In this document: positions 50,283 through 64,000 of the stretch, piece by piece | How the letters are laid out: every line of letters starts with the position of its first letter | Position numbering within the stretch: the stretch's first letter is position 1 | DNA from: Eledone cirrhosa | Taxonomy: Eukaryota | Length of the DNA stretch: 64,000 nucleotides | Reading direction: 5' to 3' | NCBI GenBank assembly: GCA_964016885.1 | Contig: OZ024760.1 | Location: forward strand, 9,300,001 to 9,364,000 | Position numbers and translations under genes: made by a program | Notes under the pieces: model-generated | Seen by the model: the letters and a program-made list of their open reading frames with translations, nothing else | Told to the model about the DNA's origin: nothing | Databases searched by the model: none

Positions 50283-51378
50283 TATATATATATATATAGA
50301 TGTATATGTATGTATATATATACATACATATGTATGTATATATGTATATATATACATGTATATGTATGTATATATGTATATATATACATGTATATGTATG
50401 TATATATATACATGTATATGTATGTATATATATACATGTATATGTATGTATATATATACATGTATATGTATGTATATATATACATGTATATGTATGTATA
50501 TATATACATGTATATGTATGTATACATGTATATGTATGTATATATATACATGTATATGTATGTATATATATACATGTATATGTATGTATACATGTATATG
50601 TATGTATATATATACATGTATATGTATGTATATATATACATGTATATGTATGTATATATATACATGTATATGTATGTATATATATACATGTATATGTATG
50701 TATACATGTATATGTATGTATATATATACATGTATATGTATGTATATATATACATGTATATGTATGTATACATGTATATGTATGTATATATATACATGTA
50801 TATGTATGTATATATATACATGTATATGTATGTATATATATACATGTATATGTATGTATATATATACATGTATATGTATGTATATATATACATGTATATG
50901 TATGTATGTATATATATACATGTATATGTATGTATATATGTATATATATACATATGTATGTATATATGTATATATATATATATGTATGTATGTGTATGTA
51001 TATATATGTATGTATGTGTATGTATATATATATATATATGTATCTATGTATATATATGTATGTATATATATCTATATATGTATATGTATGTATATATATC
51101 TATATATGTATGTATATATATCTATATATGTATATGTATGTATATATATCTATATATGTATATATATGTATGTATATATATCTATATATGTATATATATG
51201 TATGTATATATATCTATATGTATATCTATGTATGTATATATATCTATATGTATGTATATATATCTATATGTATATATATGTATGTATATATATCTATATA
51301 TGTATATATATGTATGTATGTATGTATATATGTGTATGTATGTATGTATGTATGTATGTATATATATGTACGTATATG

Positions 51379-51410
<32 letters not shown>

Positions 51411-51855
51411 TATGTATGTATATATATATATGTATGTATGTATATATATGTATATATATGTATGTATGTATATATGTATGTATGTATATATGTATGTATG
51501 TATATATGTATGTATATATGTATGTATATATATATGTATGTATATATGTATGTATATATATATGTATGTATGTATATATGTATGTATATATGTATGTATA
51601 TATATATGTATGTATATATGTATGTATGTATATATATATGTATATATATGTATATATATGTATGTATATATATATGTATATATATATGTATACATGTATA
51701 TATATACATATATACACACATTTATTTATATTTATATATATATGTGGTGCACCTGAGCACTTTACACAATAATTTCATTATTATTTTTATTATTATATAT
51801 ATTTATATTTATATATATGTGTCTATGTATATATATATGTATATATATACATATA

Positions 51856-51895
<40 letters not shown>

Positions 51896-51915
51896 TATAT
51901 GTGTTTATATATACT
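50283..51915. repeat. (TATG/TA)n tract including 24/18-bp higher-order units
   Basis: TATATATATACATGTATATGTATG repeats. Confidence 0.95.
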
Positions 51916-52259
51916 ATAATTAGGTTAAATCTATACATATATAAAATATATATTGATTATATTATTCCTACAAAGAAAGCTCAGAGCATAATTTATATAA
52001 CCAATGTACAAAACTGTTTTCTATATATCTAGTTGAGAAATATTATGTATATAGAACAATATATAAAATAAAGTACCAGTAATGCACTGGGTAATTGCTG
52101 GCCTTGTGCCTAAAGTAGAAACAGTTATGTATATAGAACAACATATAATAGCTGTACTTACTTAAAGACTCTTTCTTGAAGTGAGTACATTTATTATTTG
52201 TTGCTCTCTATATATGTACAGAATAATAGTTGTTTCTCGACTAGATATATGGAAATAAA

Positions 52260-52603
52260 TGCATGTATGTATGTATATACATATGTATATATATATAATG
52301 TATGTATATACATATGTATATATATATAATGTATGTATATACATATGTATGTATGTATGTATGTATATACATATGTATGTATGTATATACATATGTATGT
52401 ATGTATATACATATGTATGTATGTATATATATACATATGTATGTATGTATATACATATGTATGTATATATATACTTATGTATGTATGTATGTATGTATAT
52501 ACATATGTATGTATGTATATATATACTTATGTATGTATGTATATGTATGTATGTATGTATGTATATGTATATATGTATGTATATGTATGTATGTATGTAT
52601 ATG

Positions 52604-52663
<60 letters not shown>

Positions 52664-52775
52664 TATATATACATATGTATGTATATATATACTTATGTAT
52701 GTATATATATGTATGTATGTATATATATATATATATACATGTGTGTATATAAATACACACACACACACACACACA
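52260..52775. repeat. (TATG)n microsatellite
   Basis: Direct inspection. Confidence 0.95.
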
Positions 52776-53315
52776 ATGTGAGACATAATTAATTGGGCCA
52801 AGCAACATTTATTTTCCAAATGATAATATTTACTAAAATTCTGGTCATACTGTACAAAATTATAAATGTATCAAACAAAAGTGATTAAAAAATATATATA
52901 ATTAAAGTAAATGTTCGAAAAACTGACAGAAGTAAGTGGATTCTCAAAAACTTATCTGTGAACTTTGCAATAAAAACAAAATGCATTGACTGCCCGGTTA
53001 CTTAGGACTCACTCTGTTTAAATATATATATATATATATATATATATAGTTCAAGGAGAGAACAAACAGAGGTACAAAAAGTCTTATTGGTTTCACGCTT
53101 TGCATTAGAAAGAAGAAAGAAAGTTCGACATGTCGGGCTTAAGCTCTTCTTCAGGAGTTCAAAATAGAGACAGGGTCACAAAGGAGAAACAGAAAAAAAG
53201 GTCCTAGTAAAGACACAAAGAAAATCGAAAATGAAGAGTGAAAATAAGACAACTGTTAAGTAGTCTGGGTAATGAGTTGGAACGCAAAGTTGAGTGTGTG
53301 AGTGTATGTTTAAAG

Positions 53316-53362
<47 letters not shown>

Positions 53363-53554
53363 AAAAACAAGGATTTGAATTGAATCATTTAATTGATTTA
53401 CGACCTTTTCGTTAAAATAACTGGAATATTCCATTCCTGTTATAATAAGCTCACCAGAATCGATAAATTAGAAATATTTACCTTAAAATCATGTTGAGCT
53501 TTAAAAATCTTCTTTGCCTTTATATGGTTGTATTATCAACACTTTTAAACTCTT

Positions 53555-54140
<586 letters not shown>

Positions 54141-54574
54141 AAGAAACCTGATTATAAAGGGAGATAAATCAAATTGAAATGTAATATTTTAGACAACTGT
54201 GAACATAATAAAGGTTAAGATATTTCACTAGGATAATATTAAAAAATATCCAAATTATGTAATCATAAGAACAAACACTGAATTCCTGTTAGCCATTGTG
54301 TTAACAGAGATTCTCTATCAAATGGGGATGGTTGTTTGTGACGAGTCTTGCAGACATTGTCTATCAATTGGAGTGGGTTGTTTGTGACAAGTCCTGCTGG
54401 AAAGTGAGGACTCTGCCCCCAGAACAACCCTTCAAGGAATAAGTGGAAGGAGAAGTTAAACTTCACTTCTAAACATTTATTTTCCATAACTTGTGAAACC
54501 AACAGCCCCCCTCTCCTTCACTCTCTCAACTTTTAATGGTATTTAGTTGTGTTAACTGACTTTTAATGGAGACC

Positions 54575-54785
54575 ATGGTATGGTGTGGGTGATATTGTGA
54601 GTGTGGTGTGTGGCTGGTATTGTGTGGTGTGTGGCTGGTATTGTGTGGTATGTATGGTATGTGTAGGTGGTGTGGTATTGTGTGTATGGTGTAGTGTGGT
54701 GTGTGGATGCTCTTGTGTGTGGTGTGTGGTGTGTGCTGTGGTATTGTGTGTGTGGAGTATGGTGTGGTATGGTATTGTGTGTTGG
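54575..54785. repeat. (GTGTG/GTATG)n tract
   Basis: Direct inspection. Confidence 0.85.
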
Positions 54786-54919
54786 CCAGCTTCATTAAAT
54801 TTTGTTCATATAGTATTATAAAGTTGAAATAAAAGCTGTATTTCCTTCAAGAAAAGTGAATTAAAACCATTCAGGATTTTATTTTATTGTTTATTGTTTG
54901 GACTGCATTTTATTAGTGA

Positions 54920-55795
54920 AGAATGGGACTGGCAGTTGTAAGTTCAGTTGGTTGGAGTTTGCAGACGACCTGGTGTTACTCAACTCATCTGATGGTGATC
55001 TCTGACTTGCACTAGATAGGTTTGATGCCAAGTACTGCATGGCTGGAATGAAAATCGGTGCTGTGAAAGCTGAGACACTCATCCTCACAAGGAAACCTGT
55101 ACAGTGCACTCCACATATGGAGTTCCAGTGAATCAGGTAGAGAAGTTCAAGTATCTCAGGGCCTTCATTTTCATGCATGATGGAAGGCAGGAGGCTGAAG
55201 TAAGTGTAAGAATTGCAGGAGTTGCATTAAGTAATCAGAAGAGTAGGGTTAAAACCAAACTCGCTATCTTCAATTTGCTATATATGTTGACCTTTACCTA
55301 TGGTGATGAATCTTGGGTAATAACTGAAAGAATATGATCGCGAATACAAGCAACTGAAATGGGGTTCCTCTGAAGGGTCTTTGGAGTAATGTTACTTAAT
55401 AGAGTGTATAGCTTGGAAATCAGAGAGTCACTTCAGGTAGAGCCACTACTCTGAACTGAGAGATCACAGCTCTGATACTATGGGCATTTGGTTAGAATGT
55501 CTCAGGTAAGAATTGCTGGACAAACTTGTAGCTCGGAGATCAGAGAGTCACTCCATCCATGTAGAACTGCTACTTCTCTGAACTGAGAGATAACAGCTCC
55601 AATACTATGGGCATGTGGTTAGAATGTCTCGGGTAAGAATTGCTGAACAGATTTGTAGCTCAGAGATCAGAGAGTCACTCCATGTAGAGCTGCTACTTCT
55701 CTGAATTGAGAGATAACAGCTCCAATACTATGGGCATGTGGTTAGAATGTCTGAGGAAAGAATTGCTGGACAGATTTTATGGGCAAAAACCAACC
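54920..55795 (+). mobile_element. Decayed RTE LINE (RT to C-terminus) with an internal ~120-bp triplication
   Basis: LEFADDLVLL..LQLALDRFDAKYCMAGMKI..VEKFKYL..TYGDESW; GAGATCAGAGAGTCACT block x3. Confidence 0.8.
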
Positions 55796-56731
55796 ATGCT
55801 AGTTGATAAAGCGATCTTCCACAATCGACTCTCTGAAACAATCGTAAAACAATGAACTAATTAACAACCTACCTCTGACTTCTGTCTTGTTTTCTCTGTT
55901 CTATACACACCCTCATATATATGATGATAACCTGGGCGGATCTTCTTCAAAGAAACCTTAAGCGGTGGTCACCTACTACAAGTACTACTGGTCACACTGC
56001 CAAATCTCACTGCAACCATCTTTCCAAGGACATTGAGTTTTAACAACGTTAACAGCCCCACCATAACCAAGGGGAATATGATATATATCATTTCATTAAA
56101 GTTAAATAGTGAGTCTTGTTACTCTGGAGTTTCACTTGCTTCTCACAGGGTCGTCTTATCCAAAGTAGAGTTTAAATGAATATTTAAATGGCAACCAATA
56201 AATATTTTGTAAAATGGCAAGAACTTTTTGTCTAACCTAATTCATACACATCGTGATTTGTTGGAGTCCTTTACATTGGAACAACTACATTTCAAATATA
56301 TATATATATATATATATACGATATTAATAAATGGAAACTATATTTATGAAACCATATTTATTTCATTATACATATTTCAGGGATACCACATTAAATTATG
56401 GTATGCCTTCATCAGATAAAATACAATATATAACAGTTTTACAAATAGCTTTGACGTACCCTTTTAAAATACAACCATTACTTTTGGAGGCTGTCTGGAT
56501 AGTGATTTGTTTACATTGTTTTAATAAGTCATAGTGTTAAGCACAATTAGAAAAAGACGGAGAGAGAGAAAAGAACAAAGACGGAGAGAGAGAAAGAATG
56601 AGAAAGAAAACCTGGAGAAATATCGGAGAGAGAGAGAAATGTATGGATATATATATATAACAAAGCATTGTTTAGCCTTATATCACTTTCCACATTATAT
56701 ATATATTTATAAATATATATACACACACATA

Positions 56732-57242
56732 CAGTGAGTGGAAGGAAACTCCCTGTTTAAAATTAATAGCTTTATTAATTATTGGTTAATTTTCATAAAA
56801 TGTTTTATTTTGAACAGTATAATGATACAAGTACAGTACAGTGTTAAAACCCTACATAGGCACCAGTGTTGTGTACCAGTATTTGTAATTGTCTGGGTAA
56901 ATCCTTGACTGGCTTTGTCAGGAACTCGGGTGGTATGTTGGTTGGTACATGACTAACTCGTTCCTCAAATTGAGTCGGTTTCCTTTTGAGTTTTAAATTT
57001 CTTTTTTCGTCCACCCTCACTGGAAAACATTGCATGGCATTAAGTGAAGGATTCCTGCTGGCCATTCATGTGGACCTCAACAACCCAGCCTGGAAACTGG
57101 ACATGAAGCCACTCATGGACATGGCATGCAAAATAAGGAGGAGCCTCATCTTGCATGAATATGAGGTCATTGATGCTGTCCCAAGTGGTCACAGTAGGCC
57201 AAAAGTTATGGGTCAATTGGGAGCTTCTTTCCACTTACCCTG
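56732..57242 (-). mobile_element. Internally deleted Tc1/mariner transposon
   Basis: TIRs TA-CAGTGAGTGGAAGGAAACTCCC / GGGAGCTTCTTTCCACTTACCCTG-TA; DDE remnant LIFMQDEAPPYFACHVHEWLHVQFPG. Confidence 0.8.
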
Positions 57243-57271
57243 TATATAAACACACACACACACATACATAT

Positions 57272-57860
57272 AGAATTAACAATGAATATAGTGAAGAATT
57301 TAGCGTAAAAGTAGGTGTTCATCAAAGCTCTGTCCTTAGCACGCTCATGTTTATTATTGCCCTACAGGCTATAACAGGAGTTTAAGACTGGCTGCCCATG
57401 GGAACTTCTATATGCAGATGATCTAACTCTCGTAGCTGAATCCATGGCTGAACTAGAGAAGAAATTCCAAACATGGAAGAATGACCTAGAATCAAAAGGC
57501 ATTAAAGTTAACTTGTCAAAGACTAAAATTCTAGTATGTAGAAAGGAAAATAGGGCCCTCTGGGAAATGGCCATACTCAGTGTGTAAGATAGGAGTAGGT
57601 AGAAATTCCATTCTATGCCTCAAATGCTAACTATGGGTATATATAACAGATGTAGTGGGATCACAGGCAAGCTATCTAAGAATGTAGATTTTATATGTGG
57701 CTGATGCTCAGGTGCAATAAATAGCAAGTGCCCACAGGATACTAGCTCCTTCAACTGCCCAGATGGTTCTATAGAAATAGTGGATACTTTCCGTTACTCG
57801 GGTGACACAATCAGCAGTGGAGGAGGGTGCTCTGAAAGTACTGTAGCCAGAGTTAGAACG
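57272..57860 (+). mobile_element. RTE (BovB-like) LINE RT fragment
   Basis: SEEFSVKVGVHQSSVLSTLMFII..TGCPWELLYADDL..VNLSKTK..CxxC..F(R)Y(S)GD. Confidence 0.85.
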
Positions 57861-58172
57861 AGGTCGATGTAATCGACTTTCCAATGACTGGCCTTGTGCT
57901 TATCTTAAAAATAATTATTTTAATATAATGGAATTTGTCGGCACGGTTATTATTGCAGCTGAAATTTGTGTTTGTTTTTAAATGGACAATCACAAAGTTT
58001 TATTTTTTACAGGAAAAAATTGTAATAATAATCTTAAATAATCTTAAAGCTGGAATATGTAATATAAGGACACTGCTCAAACTGTGATTATCTCCCTTGT
58101 AGTTGCCAAGGAAGTGTTTTAGCTAAGCTACCAGTAGGGGGAGATAGTTGCCAACAGTCGGAAATTTTGAAT

Positions 58173-59426
58173 ATGTCTTCGTTTGAATACACCGAGCAAG
58201 AAATTAGAGAGGAATTAGCTCGCTTTGGCATTAAAGATATTGATCAGGATATCCTACGTGAATTTCGAGAAGACCTTCTGAATTTGGTGAAAGAAAGTAG
58301 TTCCAGTTCTTTTCAGAATGCCGATATATCCTCATCAACTTCAACAATTTCACCTCTCACATGTCCAAACCCGTCATCCCTGGTAGCAACATATACGACA
58401 GCTTCCCTAGTGTCTGTAATACCAGCTACCAACAACAGAGACCATGCTAAGTCACATCTAGCTGCTACACCTCACACAAGTGGCTCTTATACTTCTGTTA
58501 ATTCCTTTTTTCAGCCGTCCACCGTTACCCACAAACTATCCCAGGGGCCAATTGAAAGTGCCGGAGGTGTTGCCATCTGTAGGAATAACACTACTAACAG
58601 AGCAGATGATCAGTCGGACTTCACCCTCGGCCGCGACCACACTCAACTGCCATCGACAAATAGATCGGAAACTGAACATGGAAAGCAAGAAAACTTCCTT
58701 CATCCCTTCAAGAGTTTTGATCAGCCCAGGGACAAAGAGAACATCTACCTCCATTCCTTCCTACCGCCGCCACCTACTTCTTCATCAGAATCAACAGTAT
58801 TAGTGACAAAAGCTCGGCAAACGACTGCCACCACCACCACCACCGAAAGTGATATCATGAAGAACTATTTAGAAGAGATAAACAACAGGTTTTCTCCATC
58901 TCTTAACACTTTTGTTGCCAAGAGGAAAATATCTCGTAAAGGAGCCGATGGTAACCGGTATATTGACGAAAGTGAATCTGTTTATAGTAGTAGCAGCTCT
59001 AGTAGTAGTATTGGCGACTCTGTTGATTACCAGGATCGCTTGAGGGAACTGACAAACAGAGATAACTATTTATACCCGAGATCGAATAGCTCCATTGATA
59101 ACCGGCCCAGATCTATAATAATAGTTTCTCCGACACCACCCAGACTGAAGAAAAACAGCAAAACAGACCCCGTCAATAGGTTTCACGAATTTCAGAACTA
59201 TTGGAACTTACACAAAGCCCCTGGCGAGGACAATCACGATGCCTTGCGGTGGAGTATCCGAGAAAAAATTGCCAAAAAAGATGTTATAGAAAGTCGCCCT
59301 CGGAAAACTTTCGTAGCCAATAATTATGTGATCCCTTCACAGAAACCCAGGCATTCCCTTCGCTGGCAGATTCGGACTGACCTAGCTTATGGTCTTATGC
59401 CACCCTCCATGTTTAATAACAAATGA
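58173..59426 (+). CDS. HYLS1: Hydrolethalus syndrome protein 1 homologue (centriole/basal body protein), single coding exon, 417 aa
   Basis: HYLS1 C-terminal box KTDPVNRFHEFQNYWNLHKAPGEDNHDALRWSIRE...NNYVIPSQKPRHSLRWQIRTDLA; N-terminal EQEIREELARFG helix. Confidence 0.9.
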   Translation: MSSFEYTEQEIREELARFGIKDIDQDILREFREDLLNLVKESSSSSFQNADISSSTSTISPLTCPNPSSLVATYTTASLVSVIPATNNRDHAKSHLAATPHTSGSYTSVNSFFQPSTVTHKLSQGPIESAGGVAICRNNTTNRADDQSDFTLGRDHTQLPSTNRSETEHGKQENFLHPFKSFDQPRDKENIYLHSFLPPPPTSSSESTVLVTKARQTTATTTTTESDIMKNYLEEINNRFSPSLNTFVAKRKISRKGADGNRYIDESESVYSSSSSSSSIGDSVDYQDRLRELTNRDNYLYPRSNSSIDNRPRSIIIVSPTPPRLKKNSKTDPVNRFHEFQNYWNLHKAPGEDNHDALRWSIREKIAKKDVIESRPRKTFVANNYVIPSQKPRHSLRWQIRTDLAYGLMPPSMFNNK

Positions 59427-59619
59427 ACAAGTTATTGTATGTCTTTTGTTTGTCTTTACTTTTTAATCAGTTCACCTTAAATTATTATTTCAAATTTTTA
59501 GTTGTACAAATGAAGTTGTTTTATTGTTATCTCTGTTGTTGATGTTGTTATTGCTCGTGTAAATATCTTCAAATGTTCTCAGTGAAATTAATACATTGAA
59601 AATGCACATAACATGTACA

Positions 59620-62040
59620 TACCTGTACAGACCTCTCTCTAGCACACCTCCTATACCCAGTTTCTCCCTCAGTCCTCCATCATGCTTTGTCGTTCTCACA
59701 CATTAACATTGCACATCCATCGAATTATGCTTACTTCATTTCTTTCCAGCCTGTAGCCACTGTCCACGTCTTACTACCATGCAAGCATAATACTTCGCAC
59801 ACAGTCATCACACAGCTGCCCTTCATTCGAAGGGAGAAACCCTTTGTTGTCAACAGAGGCAGTAGTTCCCTAAACGTCTTCCATCCTGACCTTATTCTAG
59901 TTACTATGCTCTCAGAACACCCTCCTCCACTGCTCATTAAATCACCTAGTTAGCAGAAGCTATCAATTACTACTATGGATTAGAAAAGGTTTACATTATT
60001 TCATTGGAAGTATCGGTAGAGGGGCGGACGCCATGCTTTGACGTATAGAGTTACGGCCCTTGCCATTCTGAGTTCAAATCCCGCCAAGGTTAACTTTGCC
60101 TTTCAGCCTTACGGGGTCGATAAAATAAAGTACCAGTAATGCACTGGGTAATTGCTGGCCTTGTGCCTAACGTAGAAACAATTATTTCTTTTATTATTAT
60201 CCATTGAGCCTCAACATCTACTACATACAAAGTCTTCCTTTCTTGTAAGTCTGTCTTATATCCCACTACACCTGTTGTGTACCCAACATTTGCATTATGT
60301 ACATCATATATAGTTTATATCTGCTCCTTTTCTACAGATCAAGCATGGCCAATTCACTGATGAGATTTAGTACCTAACTTCTTTCCTACATTTTGGTTAA
60401 GTTTACTTTCAGCCCTTTTGATTATAAGTTCTGTTTCCATAGCCAGAATTTATTCTTTAGTTCTTCCACAGATTCAGCTGTGATGGACCAAATCATTGGC
60501 ATACAGAAGCTTTCATGGGCGACCAGTCATAAACTCCTCTGTTATGGCCTCGATGACTAGGATAAACAGAAGTAGGCTAATAACTGAACCCTCATGTACA
60601 CCTTCCTGAACCTTAAATTCCTCACTAAGCTCATTTCCTATTCTCACTTTACTAACAACTCGTCTGTACATGGCCTGCACTGCTTTTGCAAGCCATTCTA
60701 CACCTAGTTTCCTTAAGGACCACCAGATGACAGATCATGCTACTCTGTCAAAGGCTTTCTCTAGATCAACAAAAGCTAGTTAAGCCCTTCTCTTGTAGTT
60801 GTCTTAATAAAAAGAGGGCATCTGTGGTGTTCCTCCCTGGCATAAAACCAAACTTCATCTCATTTAATTTAACTCTTTCCCTAATTAGTTGTGCTAGAAC
60901 TTTATCCCTTTCACAACTTGGTCTACCAGTTTTATGCCTCTATAGCTGCTCCTTTCTAGAGCATCACCTTTTCCCTTGTAGCAATTAATGATTATACTGC
61001 TGCACCTATCATTGGGTATGGCCCCTGTATTATTTGATTGATTATGTGGGTGACTAGGTCAGCTCCTACTTCCTCAGATGCTTTCAGCAAGTCAGTAAAT
61101 AAATATCTCTGCAGTTTTACCATTTTTCATCTCCTTGATTGCTTCTTAGATCTTATAACTCATAACTCAATTTCAATAGCTGGCCCCTCTGTTGGATTAG
61201 TTGGGAGTAGTCTCCCATTCATTTAACCTCTCATAGTAGTATTTCCAGGTCTCTTTCTTTTGAGTTTGTGATCCAGTCTCATTTCGAACACACTTTTCCC
61301 TAACAATACCCTGATGTGTCTAACTCATCTTCTCATATGTCTCATGTAAAGTTTTCCTGAACCTACTCTTAACAGAAAGGTCCTTTAGTTTCCAAACTCT
61401 CCGCCTCGAGATTTTCCAGTGTTTCTTCTATCTTTGAGCTTATTTTGACGTCAGTAATAACAAACATATGTTGGGCAGTGTGTTCTTCTCTGGGGAAGGA
61501 CTATTTACCTGTCTATCTCATTTTCTAACAAGTACGAAGTCAATCTGGCTTGTATATTTGCTTGATAGGCATGTGATCAGGTGGCTGGCTGGTTTCCTGA
61601 AACTAGTGTTGCAAATGATTCAATCATTTGCATCATAGAATTCCAGGGGCCTCATTCCCTTTTCATTTCTTGGTTCCATAGCCATAGTTATCATGTACAC
61701 CAGTGTACATGTACATCATGTACACCATCTTTGTGCTGTTCAAAATGTCCATTAAAGTCACATCCTAAGATAATGAGGTCTGTCATCAGTGACTTAAGTA
61801 GTTTGTATATGTTCCTCATAGAAGTGGTTCTTTTGTTCCTTACATAGTCCTGCTTGTGGTGCACAGCTAAAGATAGTTGTTCTCATTCTATTGCCTATGA
61901 TTACCTTATCTAACCACTTCCATTACCTTATCTAACCACTTCCATTACCTTATCTAACCACTTCTCAGTCACTACTTACCCAGAAGAGCTTGTATCTATG
62001 TTTGCTTGCCTGTGAGAAGTCATGCAGAGGTGCCTCTATA
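59620..62040 (-). mobile_element. Long decayed RTE LINE (APE endonuclease + RT), interrupted by a family A SINE at 60003-60185
   Basis: Minus strand SSGGGCSESIVTRIRSGWKTFRELLPLLT, GFMPGRNTTDALF, FVDLEKAFDRV, SQIDFVL, ISLAVHHK/CDFNGH remnants. Confidence 0.85.
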
Positions 62041-62819
62041 TATTTTATGAACATAAAATACATAAAAAAAAAATCATAATTTGTAATCCAGTGGGTTAGT
62101 GGTTGATTCCTGAGGTAAATATAGATACCAAGAATACAAACATCACTATAAAAGCCATAATTACATGATCAATTGTAGAGGGACTGCCTCAAATATTTTC
62201 AACTTGTATTGCCTAAGTGACACTACAGCTCCAATGTACTACTATAAATAGATATATATATATACATATATAGAGCCACCTTAACTCTGGAATACAACCC
62301 AACACGAGATGGACCTCATAACAGCATTGAGTGCTTCAAACAGCACACCGCCTGTAACTGTAGTTACACACTTAACTAACATATACTCATACAAACACAC
62401 ACACACATATATATGCAAAAGGCAAACAAATAACAAAGCAAACGACACAGTACAATGAAGAAATATATTATTTTTACACTTGATATAGTAGGAAAAGTGT
62501 CAACGTTTTGGACACTAGTCCTTTATCAGAAAATAGAATGCAAAATTAAAGAAAAAATAACAAGATAGAGGAGAGTCAGCAGTGGCACAGACGAAAAAAT
62601 ATTTGTTTGAGATAAAACAGGTCTACAGAATGGTAAGAAGGGAGTAGCCAGAGGAGAATGGAAGAAAAGTGGTCGGGAGTCGTGGTATATTGGTGTAAAG
62701 CAAAAAGCAATGAGAAAATTCAGTGATCTGAAAAGATATCCAAGTGGAAGTTCAGGTAGAGTCCGAGTAAAAATCCAGTTTCAGGGTGAAAATTGATGTG
62801 TGTGTGTATATACATATAT

Positions 62820-63190
62820 ATCATCATCATCACACGTCCATTTTTCACACTAGCATGGGTTAGATGAATTAACTTGTTGTTAGCCAAGCCAGATGAGAGG
62901 ACTGTGTCATGTTCCTACTGGACTGATTTTGACTTTGTTTCTACGGCTGGATGCCCTTCCTAACGCCAACCACATTTTACAGAGTGGACTGGGTGCTTTT
63001 TGTCATGACACCTACATGACCACTCTACAGTGTGGACTGAAGGTTGAGGTGGGGGTAGCTGCATGGGGATTGGAGAGGTAGATCTAGAGTGGGGCATTTA
63101 TCAGGTGAGGGGTGTAGGGAAGGGGGAGGTAAGGAAGTGCGTACTAGATGTATATTTCAACCTGTGCCCATGGGAAGGTGGCTCTTCTGT
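62820..63190 (-). mobile_element. Diverged family C retroposon
   Basis: CATCATCATCACACGTCC..TTTCTACGGCTGGATGCCCTTCCTAACGCCAACC. Confidence 0.65.
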
Positions 63191-63814
63191 ATTTCCCACT
63201 GAAATCGAGTGGGGTGTTCTATAAATTTCCCTCACACACACATATAAGTATAAAGTAAGTAGGATCTGCACACTACAGCCTCTTTAACTCTGGAATACAA
63301 CACGAGACGGATCTCGTCAAAGTACCGAGTGTACACCGCCTGTAACTATAGTTACACACCAACTGACATATATATATATATATACATATATATATGTGAT
63401 TTCCTTCGAATGAAACAGTTTTAGTCCTGTAGAAGTCATTTCTATATTAAATATTTATACTCTGCTATGTATTGAGTACCTTGCTTACTGTGGCTACCCC
63501 CGATTGAACCCGGGATAAACATCTCTCTCTCTCTCTCTCTCTCCCCCTCTCTCTCAGAGAGGATTCATTTGTTTTAAATGCAATAAGAGTAATCTCCCTT
63601 GAAGCTTCGCCGGTTTACAGTAATGGCGTAAATTTAATGTTGTTGAATAAAAAGATTGTTCAAACACAACAACATTCTATCGAGTCCTTTCAGTTTTAGT
63701 TATTATTTTTCCATATAAAAGCTTTTATTAAGACAAAAAAATCAAATAACGTCTGTAAAATTGAGTGTTTTGTTTTATTTATTTTTGACGAGCTGTCGTA
63801 AAGTAGAACGGCCG

Positions 63815-63871
63815 GTTGCTATAGATTACAAAATGCTAAGTGATCGATATGTGAGCAGAATCTCCTCTGGT
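63815..63871 (+). other. Possible first exon/promoter of a further gene (X-box-like site, ATG 63833, donor 63872)
   Basis: GTTGCTATAGATTAC, then ATG CTA AGT GAT CGA TAT GTG AGC AGA ATC TCC TCT GGT|GTAAGT in CpG-containing unique DNA. Confidence 0.3.
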
Positions 63872-64000
63872 GTAAGTTACCCCCTTTATTCTCCATTATG
63901 CAACTGTCTCTCCCATATTCTCTAGATTATTCTATTTAGCTCTTCAAATATTTCTGGACTGTTTCTCTTATTTAGAGATACTTTAATTGTAAAATGACGG

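Overview
AT-rich, repeat-dense animal genomic DNA. The SINE families and the load of (AT)n/(TATG)n/(CAC)n simple repeats suggest a coleoid cephalopod such as Octopus; this is an inference. Three + strand protein-coding genes can be reconstructed by hand. (1) A two-coding-exon LRR protein of ~428 aa (3344-4075 + 6911-7465), preceded by a probable non-coding exon with an RFX X-box/ETS promoter. (2) A six-coding-exon CDR2/CDR2L-family coiled-coil gene of 460 aa (12161-48984), with all splice phases consistent and a 24-kb first coding intron. (3) An intronless HYLS1 orthologue (58173-59426). A possible first exon of a fourth gene lies near 63830. The rest is tRNA-derived SINEs, decayed RTE and R4/Dong-type LINEs, piggyBac- and mariner-type MITEs, minisatellites and microsatellites. 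The most striking observation is in CDR2 intron 4, which holds a 5.2-kb array of ~135 copies of a 39-bp unit that is the 3' splice site plus the first six codons of exon 5. The upstream copies carry an in-frame TAG where the real exon has CAG, so they form an array of decoy/poison acceptors. Other observations: a SINE-derived 49-bp array giving ~19 tandem AATAAA signals just inside intron 3, a ~1-kb and a 222-bp intronic hairpin, and a SINE/RTE pair sharing the same 3' tail.
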